DNA of 49,643 nucleotides, filler included, from Catajapyx aquilonaris (taxonomy: Eukaryota), in the NCBI GenBank assembly GCA_000934665.2. It is 3 parts of 3 records of this genome, joined end to end, with 100 filler letters (N's around TTAATTAATTAA, not from the genome) between each part and the next. Parts side by side here need not be neighbours in the genome. Positions count along the whole stretch, not along the records: positions 16,559 to 33,046 come from JYFJ02007198.1; positions 33,147 to 49,643 come from JYFJ02007199.1; 1 more part is not named here. One strand, given 5' to 3'. Below the pieces are notes generated by a model. It saw only the letters and a program-made list of their open reading frames with translations. It had not been told where the DNA came from and made no database searches. The position numbers and the translations under genes are program-made. Below, piece by piece: positions 21,915 to 35,082 of this stretch (positions are counted from its first letter, which is position 1; the number at the start of each line of letters is the position of its first letter).

Positions 21915-24289
21915 TATTCTCCAAACAATGGAGGCCTACCACTCTAACCATCATTTGTTTATTGCATATTCTTGACAATACAAGTAATAAGTATAATCTA
22001 CGTGTCGTCTATTATAAAGTAATGATTGTCATCATGTCACATTGGTGTTACAATAGAATATTATCCGCTTCTGCAACATCATAAAACAATTTTATCCTGA
22101 TTTTGACAGGTTTTTCGTACCTGAACATTTTCATCGCATGTCGATATGAGTCCCCTACTTCCAAGGGAGATTATTGTGCAGGTACCTCGGATGATCCCAG
22201 GTAATGGTTAGGGCCAACCATGGCAGCATTGATTTTCTTAATGTGGATGTTGTAAAGGCCAGAGTATGACCTATGGCTTGCTGGATTAATAGAGAGTTAC
22301 AATATCCAGTTAATCACCTATAGCGACTCTATTTGACATATACCTCATACATTTCTCCCTTGTCGACTCCCCTGTCATATCGAAGAAAATTGAGGGACAA
22401 TGTCCGTTTATGCAGTTATTTTATACCTTGCGTCGTTTTAATTTATTGATATTGTTATTGTCATTTTATACAGTGTAATAATCTCTCTTATGGACCATGG
22501 CCACAGCAGAAATTGCTGTAGCTCATTATGTAACTTTTGCTTAGTCCCAGCTAAGAATTTGCTGTAGGCCTACACAGCCAGTCCCCGACTTACGTAAAAA
22601 ATTTCGACATACGTAAAAAATATCGGACACGAGCAAAAAATCTACGGAACATACTGGGTAAGGCTGTAGCGAGAAAACGCGCTAAATTTCGGCTCGTGGC
22701 AACTCGGACCTGCCCGCCGAGACTCATTCCCTCACTCAGTTTACACGTGACAGACATTTGCGACACGCTTCTGGGCATCGCGGGGAAAACAATGCCGCTC
22801 ACAACGATCTATAAGGTACAATACAGCATAATTATGATGTTTAGAATATCAATGTTTAAGAATCAACAGTTTTCATTTCTGCAGTTCAGATAAATTTTTA
22901 CACTATTTTTCAAATTGCCATTTTATTCCAGAATTTCTAAGTCCCATCAAAATGAATTTTAATTGCCTCATGTTGAGAGCAATAATTGCGTCAGAAACAT
23001 TTTGGCAACAAGTACGCCTTTAACGGCTTACGAAAATCTATCACTAGTCCCATTATGGCCATTCGAAATGAAGTTGGCGGGGCATACAAGGGGGCACTAC
23101 GATTGTCAAGAGTCACGCCACGATTGCTATCATAGTTTCGACTGGGGGGGGGGGGGGGAGAGGGGGGGGANGGGGGGGAGAGGGGGGGAATTACAGCTGC
23201 CATATTTATTTAATGAGGCAATTGTGTGGTGTCGTGAATCTTCTTGGGTGGAGTACCAACATTGGACCCGATAAATAATACATGTGAAGGGGTCTTGGCC
23301 CCGGAATTGAAGCGTGTTGTCTTCAAGTGGACTGCGTCTAAATAGCCTGCTTTTGTCAAGGACTCGTAGCAAACGTTCAAGGGAGTCTTCTCCTGCCCAC
23401 GTTTCTTTTCTTTCCACTTTTTCTAGTGGTATACCACTGTGGACCACACCCACGAGGAGCATTTTATTTATCGCCATTCATTTGTATCTGACCATGTTTC
23501 TTAACTTGCGTATACTTGTATGGTGCAAAGTGTATATGCATGGGTGGAGAGAAGAGGTTCGCGTGTCTTGTGTTCTCCTTTTTTCTTTTTTTCTTTTTTT
23601 TTCTTTTTTGGCAGGGGAGCTCCCTCTTTTCCTTGCATGGTTGGATCGAAAGGGAAATAAATTTCACGTGTCGCCTCTTGTCATTGATTATTCTTCCAAG
23701 TAGGCCATGTATTTCTTTTTCCGCGGCTTTTCAACACTGGGTTTGTAGGCGGCCCTATGCAGAAGTGGACACAATCGTGTGCGTCATGCGGTCGAGCCTA
23801 TATTAGTAAAATCCATTCATTCTAAACTGAAGGAAATCTATAAAATTTTGAAAAATCTGATTAGATTTTTTAACCCTATTTTTACCTTGCAAAATTGAGT
23901 TTATTAGAGTGAAGTGTACTGTACATTAGTATAGTTTCAGGCGTTTATTCATTCAATTAGTTGTGGTATAGGGTGTCCAATATTTCATGCATTTTTGAAA
24001 CTTATTGTCGTCATGTGTAATAATTTTATTGAGTTATACTCTACAGTCTACATGCATGTGTTTTCTGATCTTTTTCCATTTTTTATTTTTTTATTTATTG
24101 TACCCCGTGATGACCCTTAAGGGTTNNNNNNNGGGGGGGGGGGGGGTACACCACCATTTTTCCTCAATTTTCTAAGTTAACCACTCCGGTGCAGGGAATC
24201 AAGGGGATTGGGTAAAGATAGGGATTTTCGGGGAGGGGACACGGGTGCAGGTGCAATGTCTCCAGTTTGGGCCATGTGTAGTCCACAGT

Positions 24290-24369
24290 AGTGAAAGGTC
24301 CCAGGTTCTATCCGCGCCTGGGACCTTTCACTCAGCAAGCCGAGACGTTACCATCTCGGCCACCACACC
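24290..24369 (-). mobile_element. tRNA-derived SINE head fragment with inverted partial duplicate
   Basis: Minus strand GGTGTGGTGGCCGAGATGGTAA (A-box-like)...AGTGAAAGGTCCCAGG. The same 16-mer lies inverted at 24290-24305, followed by the B-box-like GGTTCTATCC. Confidence 0.5.
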
Positions 24370-26653
24370 TCCCCGATCTCTTTACATTTTAATAACAGAA
24401 TGTAGGTAACATATAGCGTCAAAATCAGTTTTCCACCATTGGAATTTCCTATGCTGATTCTTTAAAAAGATCCCTCCATATCTCATATTATTATACCAAA
24501 CTAGTTTTGGCAGTAACCACAAACCGATAAACCATTGACTGACTGGAAAAATTTCCTCCACATATTGTTATAATTGGCTACAACTTGCTACTAGCAATGT
24601 GACACATTATTAATAAAAACGCATTTTCTTACATAACAATGATCTAAATATTTGATGAAAGAAAGGCACCGGCATTATAACACGGAGAATTGGTATACAG
24701 TAGTGGGTAACATATAGGTCTACGTAAATGCAGCACGTCGGGTGTTCCTGCTGCTCCGCCGTTTACAATGCGGCACTTGAATTAGCCGCAAATTCGAAAC
24801 GGCTCTCATTATCAGAAGCTAAGATCCCAAGTGTATTCTGATAGAGCAGCGTAATTTACAGGCCTCTCCTTTTCATTCCCGGCGGCCATTTTTATCCCCC
24901 CCTTCTCCCCCCCTCCCTCTCCCTCTCTCCTCCCACCCATCTCGCTGAAAAGAAGCGCGGGAGAAAACAAAAGAACGTCGGCGAGCGAACAAAGGCCAAT
25001 GTTTTCTGCGATTGCCTGCGGGCTTCTGGCGTCGCCATGTGGGCAATATTTACCATAGAAAATGATCCTGAGTGTCAACTGTATGCTTATGAACCTTTTT
25101 TCCCTCCCCTCCCTTCCCTCCCTCCCTCCCTTTTGGAAGTGGATATGGAGGGAGTTTAAAAGGGGGAGACTAGGCCTAGAGGAGAAAATCATGGCGTCTC
25201 TCTTTTGCTTTTCATCCTGCATTCAACTTTTCTCTTTTCCCCACCCCCTCCACCCCCCACCACCCTCCCTCTGCTCTTATTGAAATGCAAGCATACTTTT
25301 GACGAGGTTTCCCTTGGGCGATGGAGGTATAAGAGCGAATGAAAAACGCTAAACCGAGCGGAAAAGAAAACCAGACAAAAGTCAACAGCTCAATTAATCA
25401 ACCGCGAGTTTTGGTTGGAGCCACAATGGTGGGGGGAAGGGGGAAGGTGGGGAGGGGGGAAGGCAGTTTGTTTGCTCCTGGAAGCCTTGACAAAAGAGGG
25501 TGTTTGTCTCCATTCAACTTGCATGCCGTATCAATTATGAGTAGAAATGGGAAAGTAATAGGGAAGAGGTAGCATTCAAAGGGGCACCCCCTTTTATGCC
25601 CACTGGATTTTTAACCTCCTCGCCAGGGTTTTTTTTGTTTTTTTTAACGGGAAAGGGTGCAGGGGGGGAGTAGAAACGTACAGCATATATAGGCATAAAG
25701 CGTTGAAACTCTTCACATTTACGAACATGTCAGGCTTTTTTTTCTCTAGGAGAAGTGATATGTTATCCTTGAGAAGCTCTATTAAGGATCAGATTTTAAA
25801 GGTGATATAACACGGACATCCCCGACAATGGCGTATTGATTTATAGTAATTAGCATGTATTGCCTTCCACTAATATGGCCCACAACCTGTGCAGTCTTAT
25901 TTTAAATGGTTGCCTTCCAATTCCATCTCCTAAAAGACACTGTCAATGTATGTGGTGACTCCTGTTGATTGTGATGACAAGAATAATAAATAAAATAATA
26001 TAAATATATTTATAAATATAATTGATATATTAACCCATTTTAGCCATATTTTTAATAGTTACGATTATATATGTTAATAATAGGTTGCATGGAAAACATG
26101 ATTCCTGTCAACCCAGTAGTTGACTGAAGGAATCACCTCCATCCTTGTGTGCAAGATAACTGTTGCAACAGAGTGAGCAATCTGGTGTGTCCATTTTGAC
26201 ATGAAAAGTGCTTGATGGAAATAAAGTCTCCCCTCTGGTAAGAGAGCTTCCGTCCATCTTTTTCACTGCCTTGGAAATCCGCAAGGGATCCATCAAGCAA
26301 TCTTGCTTCTCCTGTACCTTGTTCTATTCCTGGGGCCTACCAGGAGCAGCAGGGCCTCATTTGTTCCTGTTGCTTCCAACAAGACTATCCCTTCCGTAAC
26401 AATTGCGTTCACAAATGGAAACCATTTTTAGCTAGCAAGCCTCCCTATTGAGACTAATGGCGCTTTGCTTCTCATCAAGATCGGCCACTTGTCCTCGTGT
26501 CCTGTGCAACATCTCCAGCTTTTATTCTTCCAATTCCGCCTTGTTTTTGCCACGTAATGCTCGGCTTCCAATCCGCGTTTCTGAGGTCAGTATCAGTTAC
26601 AAAAGAAATTGCCCAACTTGACAAAAAATTCGCAATTTTGTTCAAGGCGTGGG

Positions 26654-26882
26654 TACACTGTAATTCATGTACCGATTCCGGAGATTATATTTTGTGATCA
26701 ACATATACCGTCTACAGTACTGACTTGTAGACAGCACATCATTCAGAAAATGGTACATCACGATGTACCGATTCATGTACCGACTTGGACGTCAAATACC
26801 GTCTACACTCTACATAGAGTCGTAGACAGTACTTGTTGATCACAAAATACCACTTTCAAGTCGGTACATGATTTACAGTGTA
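26654..26882. mobile_element. MITE with TIRs
   Basis: TACACTGTAATTCATGTACCGA...TCGGTACATGATTTACAGTGTA; inner IR TATTTTGTGATCAACA/TGTTGATCACAAAATA. Confidence 0.8.
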
Positions 26883-29800
26883 TACATTAATATCATTTGT
26901 CACAAAATTTTATAATCCCGATCAATATTGTTTTACATATACCTGCAATTTTCTTAGCATAAACATATCTGGCTGCAGTTATTGCAATAAAAAAGCGTCA
27001 AGCTGTTAATATGGCATTTAAGCAACAAAATATCTAGTCTTGTGACATTTGTAAAATATAGGCGCTATACAAGGTGTCCTCCTTAAAAAATTGTTTCAGA
27101 TCAAGCAAGCCCATGTAATTGATGTTAGAAGCCCTTCATCTTGCGGGCATGAATTTATTCCTGGACACTATTTTCCAATATATATACTGTAGGTAGAGGC
27201 CCTCCCTTTTCCCTTCTGTATGGTAAACGCATTTAATAGATTTGTTGCCCGCCACAATAACGGGGGTCCGCTTCACAGGAATTATTGGACATGATTAATA
27301 CGAGCTCCTTAGTTATTTAAGAGAAGGGGAGGGAAGGGGGTCTCCCACCTCCTCCCCTTCTGCTACTTTTCCTTGACATTTTTTTTCTTCTTCCTTTGCT
27401 TTGCCTGTGGGTTTCGTTTGGAGTGAATCGCACGCAGGGGCCATATTTCATAATTGTCAGCTTGATGCAGGTTGTTCCATATTGGATCCTCATTAGAGAT
27501 TGGGTGGGGAAGTGGGGCAGTGTTGGATAACACTTGTCACTTGTCGATGACCCTTCTGACGAAGGGGGTACTTTAAGGGGATATTATGTTGCCTCCTGTT
27601 TTGTCACAGTGTAACTTGTACACTGGGTATGTACTACAGTATATATAATAATATCATGAGTTGTGCAGACTTGCGATATTTCCAGGACGAAATTGCTAGT
27701 TGATTTTGGCGATTTTGTGTTTGCGTGCCAATATTGGTTTCGTCACCTACTAGGGACCTTCCTGCCCGCTGCACCCCACAATCATATTGGTCGCTCGACA
27801 CGAAGGATATTCTCTCTATCGTAGCATAACGAAAATAACCCCGCTGTTATATCCCTAATTGCCCATTTTGCAACACAATGTAAGGTATATGCGACGGAAT
27901 TGACGCACAGACTTCCTTTCACAAATAATTAATAAATATGCTTTCACCTACTAGTTATAATCCTGACATATACACACATGGTATCAAATATGAATGTAAA
28001 AATGTGTGTGTGTGTGTGGGGGGGGGGGGTGCCAAGTTGACAGTTTTACAGCTTGACAAGTTGAATTTTAGGCCAAATGTTGAGTTTCAGCATAGTTTGG
28101 TTGAAAAAGGAAGGGAATGGTCCCATTCTGAAAAAATCAGTCCCTCCTATAACCCCCACTTTCCCATCCCAACCTTCAATTTGGCACATCCCCCACTGTG
28201 GCTGCGTGACATAGAACGAGCGCAATTGTCAGGAATTAACCGGGCCTCCGATATTAAATGGCAGCTCTCGGAGCCCAGCCGGTTGAATATTTAAAATTTA
28301 TTCCCAGGGATGAGATTGGAATATTTTAATTTGCGCCAGTTTTTTTTTTGTTTTCTGCCTTTTTGCACTGCGCCAGCTAGGAAGTGCAGATTTTTATTCG
28401 CTTTTGTACAGGATCAAATCTGATGCAAGGTTCTAAATGCGTCGTAGGGGGGGGTCGCCAATTGATATTTTTTTTTCTTTCCCTTTTTAATCATCAGAAA
28501 AATCCATCTAGGAACTGGCAGTGTTTGTGTGGGTGTGTGCGTGTATGTGCGTGTGGGTGCATGTTGGTGTGTGAGTGAGGGTATGTGAGGTTCACATGTC
28601 CAGTAGGAGTATCTGGCGACTCAAAGGGAATGGAAAATGGATGCAAATATGTGTGTGGGGGGGTGGGGAGGTGGCCTGGGATGTAGAAGGGGGGGGGGTC
28701 TATATGGAAATTCCCTCCTCTGGTTTGCATCGTCATCATTCGTGTCCTCTGATCTCCATGCAACCCTGAAATCAAAAGGCGAGTGATGGCAAGTTTTTAT
28801 ACAGGAAAAGGACATGTAAAAGTAACCTGCGATGAACTAACATAGGCAGTCGCTACTTTATATTAATCGTATATTCCTACTCAATGTTCTACCCTTCAAT
28901 TAACGCGCTGGAATTTGTCGAATATATCAATATGTAAAAATTTTCAATCGCGCATAGAGTAAGCGCGAAAGCGTAATCGTGACTAGAAAATTAATTAGCG
29001 CTGAGCAAATGAACAAATATTAGGTTGCGGGGCAGGGGAGAAAATTTGATAAAACTTTGTGTTGAATAATTTCAAGTACAGTGTAAGAAAAGACTGAACC
29101 GCCCATAACTGACATGAAGCATAATCTGTAGTAATGGACACTAGTCGACGCGCGACGCATACTTTTTCAGGTGCATAACACTAAACATTTTGTATACAGC
29201 ACGCTTTAAAACTTAACAATTTGTCAAAGCCAATATGTCGTGTTTAGATGGTCCCATATGCCTAGCAGACATAGCAATTGCGCAGAAACGAAATAATAAT
29301 AATTAGGGTTTAAATGACAATTTCGAGATTTGTGCGTGAGGGTGTAAGTTGAGATGCATGTGCGTGATGGATGATAAGATCGTTTTGGAAGCCATTGGCA
29401 CCTGTGCACCATATGAAAAGGGGGAGGTGGAGATAAAATCGAAAAATAATTAGGCTTGCGTCATCGCTTTTGGGAGGTGCACAGGTGCACTTCACCCCCT
29501 TCCCCTCCGCCCTTCACTTTTTTTTTTTTTTGCTCATTCCCCCCTCTTTGACAACATGGCACTTGTTTATCATCAGGTGCAAAAACCCATTTCACATCTC
29601 GTGTTTTGCAGTTGCTAATTTATTGTTCCGCTCCTAATGAATGGTCTCAACAATCGACTGGATTGATATTCCCTGCGGTACTGATTCATGTACCGACTTG
29701 GAGACGGATTTTTTGATCCAAAAAAAAATACCGTCTAATGCTGGATTGGTAGGAGAAATACTGCAAAATGAGCAACTAAAGGAGTATAATATGTACAGAG

Positions 29801-30321
29801 GCTGCTGATTGAATGGGACCTGACGCACTTATGGCCCTCTGCTTCTGAAGGGGGTGCTGCCGGCTGAGCAATGAAGAGGTGGGGGAGGGTTGAAGGTGGG
29901 AACCTGACCACGTGTCAAATATTCATGACAACTTTTTATTGACGTGCAGCTCACACTCGGACTATTATTGCCGTCGCCATCAATGACGACAGGGTGCAGA
30001 ATAAGCTAAGGGGAACTCTCATGTCACAGTCATACGCAGGGGTGACGGATAATATTGTAAGGGAGTGGTGACAACTCTCATCCATATTGCACTGTATGTC
30101 AATACTCTTACTATACGATAGTCGTGCAGTATGAGTTTGACAATGACAACAGTCAAATCAAAATAATTTTGATGACCAATTTTGTGCCATGAAAGCGTAA
30201 AAATTTTGGACATCCATTTTGGCTTTTGAGCAAGTATTATGAAGGTAAAATAATATTGTAATGATTTCTGTCTGTAACGTACCTTTCTCGTATTATATGT
30301 TGACTCTACGGGTGTATATAC

Positions 30322-30653
30322 TGAACATGATGCATAAACAAGTTGTTACAGATCCGAAATAATCCCGCAATTTGGCGAATTATTCAAACCAATATAGGCT
30401 GACCGACGCAAAAATTATTAGTTTTCTCAGCAGTAATATGCTTTAATAACAGAAACAAAAACACACACATCAAGTTGGCGCATGTGGCACTGCACCCCTT
30501 GCCTGCAAAAAATTTTTTGTTGCTGTTGTCGGTGCCTACAAAATTTAGAGAGAAAACGAATAATGTTGCGCAGGTCAATCTATATTGGCGTGCATAATTC
30601 GCAAAACCGCGAGATTATTTCGGATCAGCAACAACTTGTTTACATCATGTTCA
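30322..30653. mobile_element. Degenerate foldback element (~105-bp arms)
   Basis: TGAACATGATG..AAACAAGTTGTT..GATCCGAAATAATC.. mirrored by GATTATTTCGGATC..AACAACTTGTTT..CATCATGTTCA. Confidence 0.75.
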
Positions 30654-31159
30654 ATCGAGTTTGCGGTGCATCCCGCATTGATATATACACGAACAAAGGA
30701 GTGTTATACAGGTCATATAATTTTTGAGACCTTCATAATTAGTGGGGGAAGCATCTCCGAGCCATGAGTATTTCATCAGCCGAATTTAAAAGCCGCCATT
30801 AAAATTTTTAAATATTCATCGTGTGTGTGATCGTGGCGATATGTGTGGTCAGGCGTACATTCACAGGATCGGGCATTTTTTGTGTCATAAAAAGCCGGGG
30901 AAATTTTGTCCCTGATTGATAATTCATAACCCTACGTAAGTGCTGAGAGTTATGTGGCCGGATGTTGGATGGTATAGCTACTGAACTAAACTCAAGCTCT
31001 ACTCAATGTTGGATTGGACATAGTCAAATGTTGTGGTTTTTTTTACAGTACCTTTCCACTTGTATTGCACTTCATTATTTATAACACACCTTCTTTTTCC
31101 GCATTTCATTTAATGTTATAATCCTATCTAGGCATTTTTTTGCCATTGTGCTTGAAATA

Positions 31160-31498
31160 TACAGGGTGTTTTCTGTAGACTTGTAGAGGCTGCCTAGAGA
31201 AGCAATTTCAGATTGGACACCCATGGTCGGAAACCCATCCCAACAGCGCTACAGGGCCTTCAAAATCCAATTATTGTAAAAAATTATTCAATTCTTGAAC
31301 GAAATTGTTTATAACAACTTAACAATGAGCACAATGGAATAAGACAACAATAATGTATTGTTACAATAATGGACCTTTGAAGCTTTCTAGCTCCTTTGGG
31401 ATGGGTTTCCGACCATGGGTGTCCAATCTCAAATTGCTTCTCTAGGCAGCCCCTATACACCCTAGAAGTATGTCCCGAATTACTGGAAACCCCATGTA
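31160..31498. mobile_element. Tc1/mariner-type foldback MITE
   Basis: TA|CAGGGTG start. GGCTGCCTAGAGAAGCAATTT.AGATTGGACACCCATGGTCGGAAACCCATCCCAA and its reverse complement at ~31396-31451. Confidence 0.85.
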
Positions 31499-32340
31499 TT
31501 AGTATTGACAGAAAAGCGCTTATTTCACCGAGTACGTGAAAATGGCAGGCTAAACTTGATTCCTACTGTACACTGTGGAACGGCTATACTATACTTAATC
31601 GTCATAAATTTCGGTTAGAAGAGTGTGACTCGTTGATGGAATATGCATGTTATACTGTACTGCAGATTAATACGCAATGTTACATGTGTCATTATGGTCT
31701 GGAATTCCACTGTGCATTAACTCCTGTTGCCTCCCGTGTTTGTCGTCTAACAACACTGTAATGCAGGCTGGTAGAATTTGGCCCAAATTGCTGCCTAATA
31801 AAATCTGATCAGGCAGTGTTTAGCAGCTTCATACAGTGAAATGTGGAAAACCACTCTGTGCAATCCAAGACTGATCCCAAACCCCATCAGGTGCTGGTAG
31901 CCCCCCCACGTAAGTTTCCCCCTTTGAAACGTCTACAAAATGGTCAATTTCCTGACTACAGAAGGGCGGCAGTAGGGTAGGGAATAAATAAAAAGGCCCG
32001 GTGAACTATTATCATTCACGTCCCCAACTCCACCCCCCCCATCCAGCTCCCCTGCTGGTCCCCATGTCCCCCCGGTAACCCCCCCTTCCGGAGTTTCCGG
32101 AGTGACGCGTGTCGCCAAGGGCTGGCAGCTGCCGCAAAGGGCGCGGTTCCTTCCCCAAAACCCGCCCCAATCTGAGTGGGGGGGGGNTATGTTGCATCCG
32201 AATGCTTAATTCATTAAGTGTAGTGGCACGAGTGACGGGAGGAAGGATACACTGGGTGGAGGGGGGTGCGGTTTATAAATCATAGAGAGTGTTGTGTCCA
32301 AATAAAATGTCACATCTTCCCATCGGGGTTTCTAGGTGTG

Positions 32341-32593
32341 CCGATTAGGGACTTGGTCATGTAGGTCATATACGAGGTCAGATTAAAAGGCTGATTATTA
32401 AAATTGATGATTTTTTTTACAGGTAGATGGCAGCGCACAGGTGTTTGACCCAGTGTAGCCAATACTTATATTGGCTACTCTGGGTCAAACACCTGTGCGC
32501 TGCCATCTACCTGTAAAAAAAAATCATCAATTTTAATAATCAGCCTTTTAATCTGATCTCGTATATGACCTATATGACCAAGTCCATAATCGG
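32341..32593. repeat. Near-perfect 253-bp palindrome
   Basis: Arms of ~124 bp with about five mismatches/indels, centred on GCCAATA-CTTA-TATTGGC. Confidence 0.95.
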
Positions 32594-32764
32594 GAGACGC
32601 CACACTTTTCTATACTATCCTAGGCCTGTATCCGCTGAAGATGGGCCTGTATCCGCTGATCGAGGGGCAAATCACTCGGTAGTTGAGTGTACAACGGACT
32701 AGCAAAGGGTTACAAAGGACTTGGCGAGTGATTTACCCCTTGCCGCTGATGGATAGGTGTGTAT

Positions 32765-32923
32765 AACAGTTATCGGAAAAACCTATGTATCTTCTAGCTA
32801 TGTAGCCAGAATATGCCCCAACATTTCTGGCACATCCCTAAACAGTTGAGGGATGTGCCAGGAATGTTGGGGCATATTCTGGCTACATAGCTAGAAGATA
32901 CATAGGCTTTTCCGATAACTGTT
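32765..32923. repeat. Near-perfect 159-bp palindrome (probably internal to a Tc1-like MITE ending GACACCCTG|TA at ~32950)
   Basis: AACAGTTATCGGAAAA.CCTATGTATCTTCTAGCTATGTAGCCAGAATATGCCCCAACATT.CTGGCACATCCCT mirrored across a short loop. Confidence 0.93.
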
Positions 32924-33046
32924 CGGACAAAAAAAGTTGAGACACCCTGTATATTAGTTTTTTTTAAAAAAAGCAAAAATAATTTGGGCCTATTTGGGAT
33001 AAAACTCAGTGGGGGTCGTGTCGTGACAATTGTACATGTTTGGGGT

Positions 33047-33146
33047 NNNNNNNNNNNNNNNNNNNNNNNNNNNNNNNNNNNNNNNNNNNNTTAATTAATT
33101 AANNNNNNNNNNNNNNNNNNNNNNNNNNNNNNNNNNNNNNNNNNNN
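33047..33146. other. Artificial contig-joining spacer
   Basis: 44 N + TTAATTAATTAA + 44 N, identical to 16459-16558. Confidence 0.97.
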
Positions 33147-34639
33147 CAGAAACAAACATTTATTTCCAAGGGGACCACAAGACGAGATGGTGAAATTCGT
33201 CTCATATAAAATCATCTCTCTCTCTCTCTCCCTCCCTCCCTTCCTCCCACCCTTCACGCACAAAATGGCCGTTGCTATGACAGGCATGCCGTTTTCATAC
33301 CCTTTGTAGTCTCGCACCAAGCTTCTCTCTGTCTCTCTCTACTTATTCTCTAATACTGTAGTTCTCTAAGGATCATTTTTCAAGCTGCACAGCCTCTCTC
33401 TTCTTCTTCTTTTTTTAATATTAAAAAAGAGGTCATTTTAAGGAATAAAGTTTCACAGGAAAACCTAGAAACCTGGTTGGATGTGTAATGGGAGGCCTGG
33501 GAACTTTTTCCTACAAAATATATTTGGACTTAATACTGCCAACAGGCAGGTAGGATGTTAATATCTCCCAAGGTTTGTGCATGCTCCGGATTCAGAATTA
33601 TACTGTACAAGGTCTTTTATTGTGATTCGTGGATATTTGTAGAGTGAATTCCTCGGCGTACAGTACAAGATGTGTCAATATTTATGGTTGTGGCCTTCTA
33701 CAATAAAAATGGGGTCTAAATGGGCATAAAGTAGCAACTTGGCAAATACTTGTTCTGCCTTTTCAATTAAAATTTAAAATAATGCAATTTCATTTTTAAC
33801 TAATATTAAGTTCGTAGTGCTTTATCTTAATACGCATTAAATTATTAGAAATATTCATAATTATGCAAGTTTTCAAGTAATTACTACTAAATCGCTTGCC
33901 ATTAGACCATATGGACAATCTGTGTGTCAGACAGAGCCTACGACACTTCCATCTCCTGCCGACCTGCCCTCGCGTCCTGGCGGGCCCGTCATCACTCACT
34001 AATGTCCCAGTAGCCTAGTTTTAGCCCCCCCTAGGACTGGCCGCCCCCCCCCCAAAAAAAAATATCAGTGAGGGTCAGGTTACAAATAAAGCCCCTTGCC
34101 CTCCCCCTCATTCCAAGGGCCGTACGTGATGATTCCATCTTGTAGAGGGGAGGGAGAGCGTGAGCCATAAAAGCCGGAGGTTCTAAAATTGTCTGGCGCA
34201 TTTAACCCCGGGGAAAGTCGACATCTGATAAAACGAGGGTGCACAAGGGCCACCCACCCACCCCAAAAAAACACGAGTGGGCAATAAATCAATGTCCCTG
34301 CAAAACTTGCGGACACCTTATACCCTGAGTCCCTCCTTACGTGACTATGCCAAGCTATGGGATACTCGCAGGAAGCAAACACTCGACAATCAGAAACAGA
34401 TTGGCTCCAAGTCTGCGTCTCCGTTTGTCCGGAATGAGTCATCATTCGCTCAACCAGGTGCACATAGTGCCACTACCCCCAGCACGACACTGAGAGCGGC
34501 AGTAGTGTACAGAGAAGGAAGATGCGCCATCTAAGAGAGGAGTATGGTACTACGTAGACAATCGTCGTCCCAGGCAGTGTTGCCAAGTTTTAGGAAGTCT
34601 AGGTTCATTAGTTATATTATTATTAGTCATTATCGCATT

Positions 34640-35082
34640 ATATTATAACTAATATAAGATCCATATATTAGCATATTTCATAATATAAGACCCATATTAG
34701 GATATTTCATAACTAATATAAGACCCATATTAGCATATTCCATAACTAATATAAGACCCATATTAGCATATTCCATAACTAATATAAGACCCATATTAAC
34801 ATATTTCATAACTAATATAAGATCCATATTAGCATATTATTTCATAACTAATATAAGATATTAGCATATTATTTCATAACTAATACAAGATCCATATTAG
34901 TATATTATATTATAACTAATATAATGTTTATAATATAGTACATAGTTACCTTGTTATGGTGTATCATATTAGTTATTAGGTTATATCATATTAGTTATTA
35001 GGTTATATCATATTAGTTATTAGGTTATATCATATTTAACTTATACAATTACTATATTTAACTTATGTAATTACTATATTAG
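34640..35082. repeat. Compound AT-rich minisatellite (33-bp unit x ~9, then two 22-bp units)
   Basis: CATAACTAATATAAGACCCATATTAGCATATTC repeats; ATCATATTAGTTATTAGGTTAT x3; ATATTTAACTTATRYAATTACT x2. Confidence 0.9.

Noticed and set aside
22110..22200. Candidate 91-nt exon (TTTTGACAG|...CAG|GTAATG)
   Set aside because: Plausible splice signals, but no recognisable peptide or partner exons; cannot be supported without RNA data.
34640..34925. CRISPR-like array
   Set aside because: Head-to-tail repeats with no unique spacers, eukaryotic context, no cas genes.
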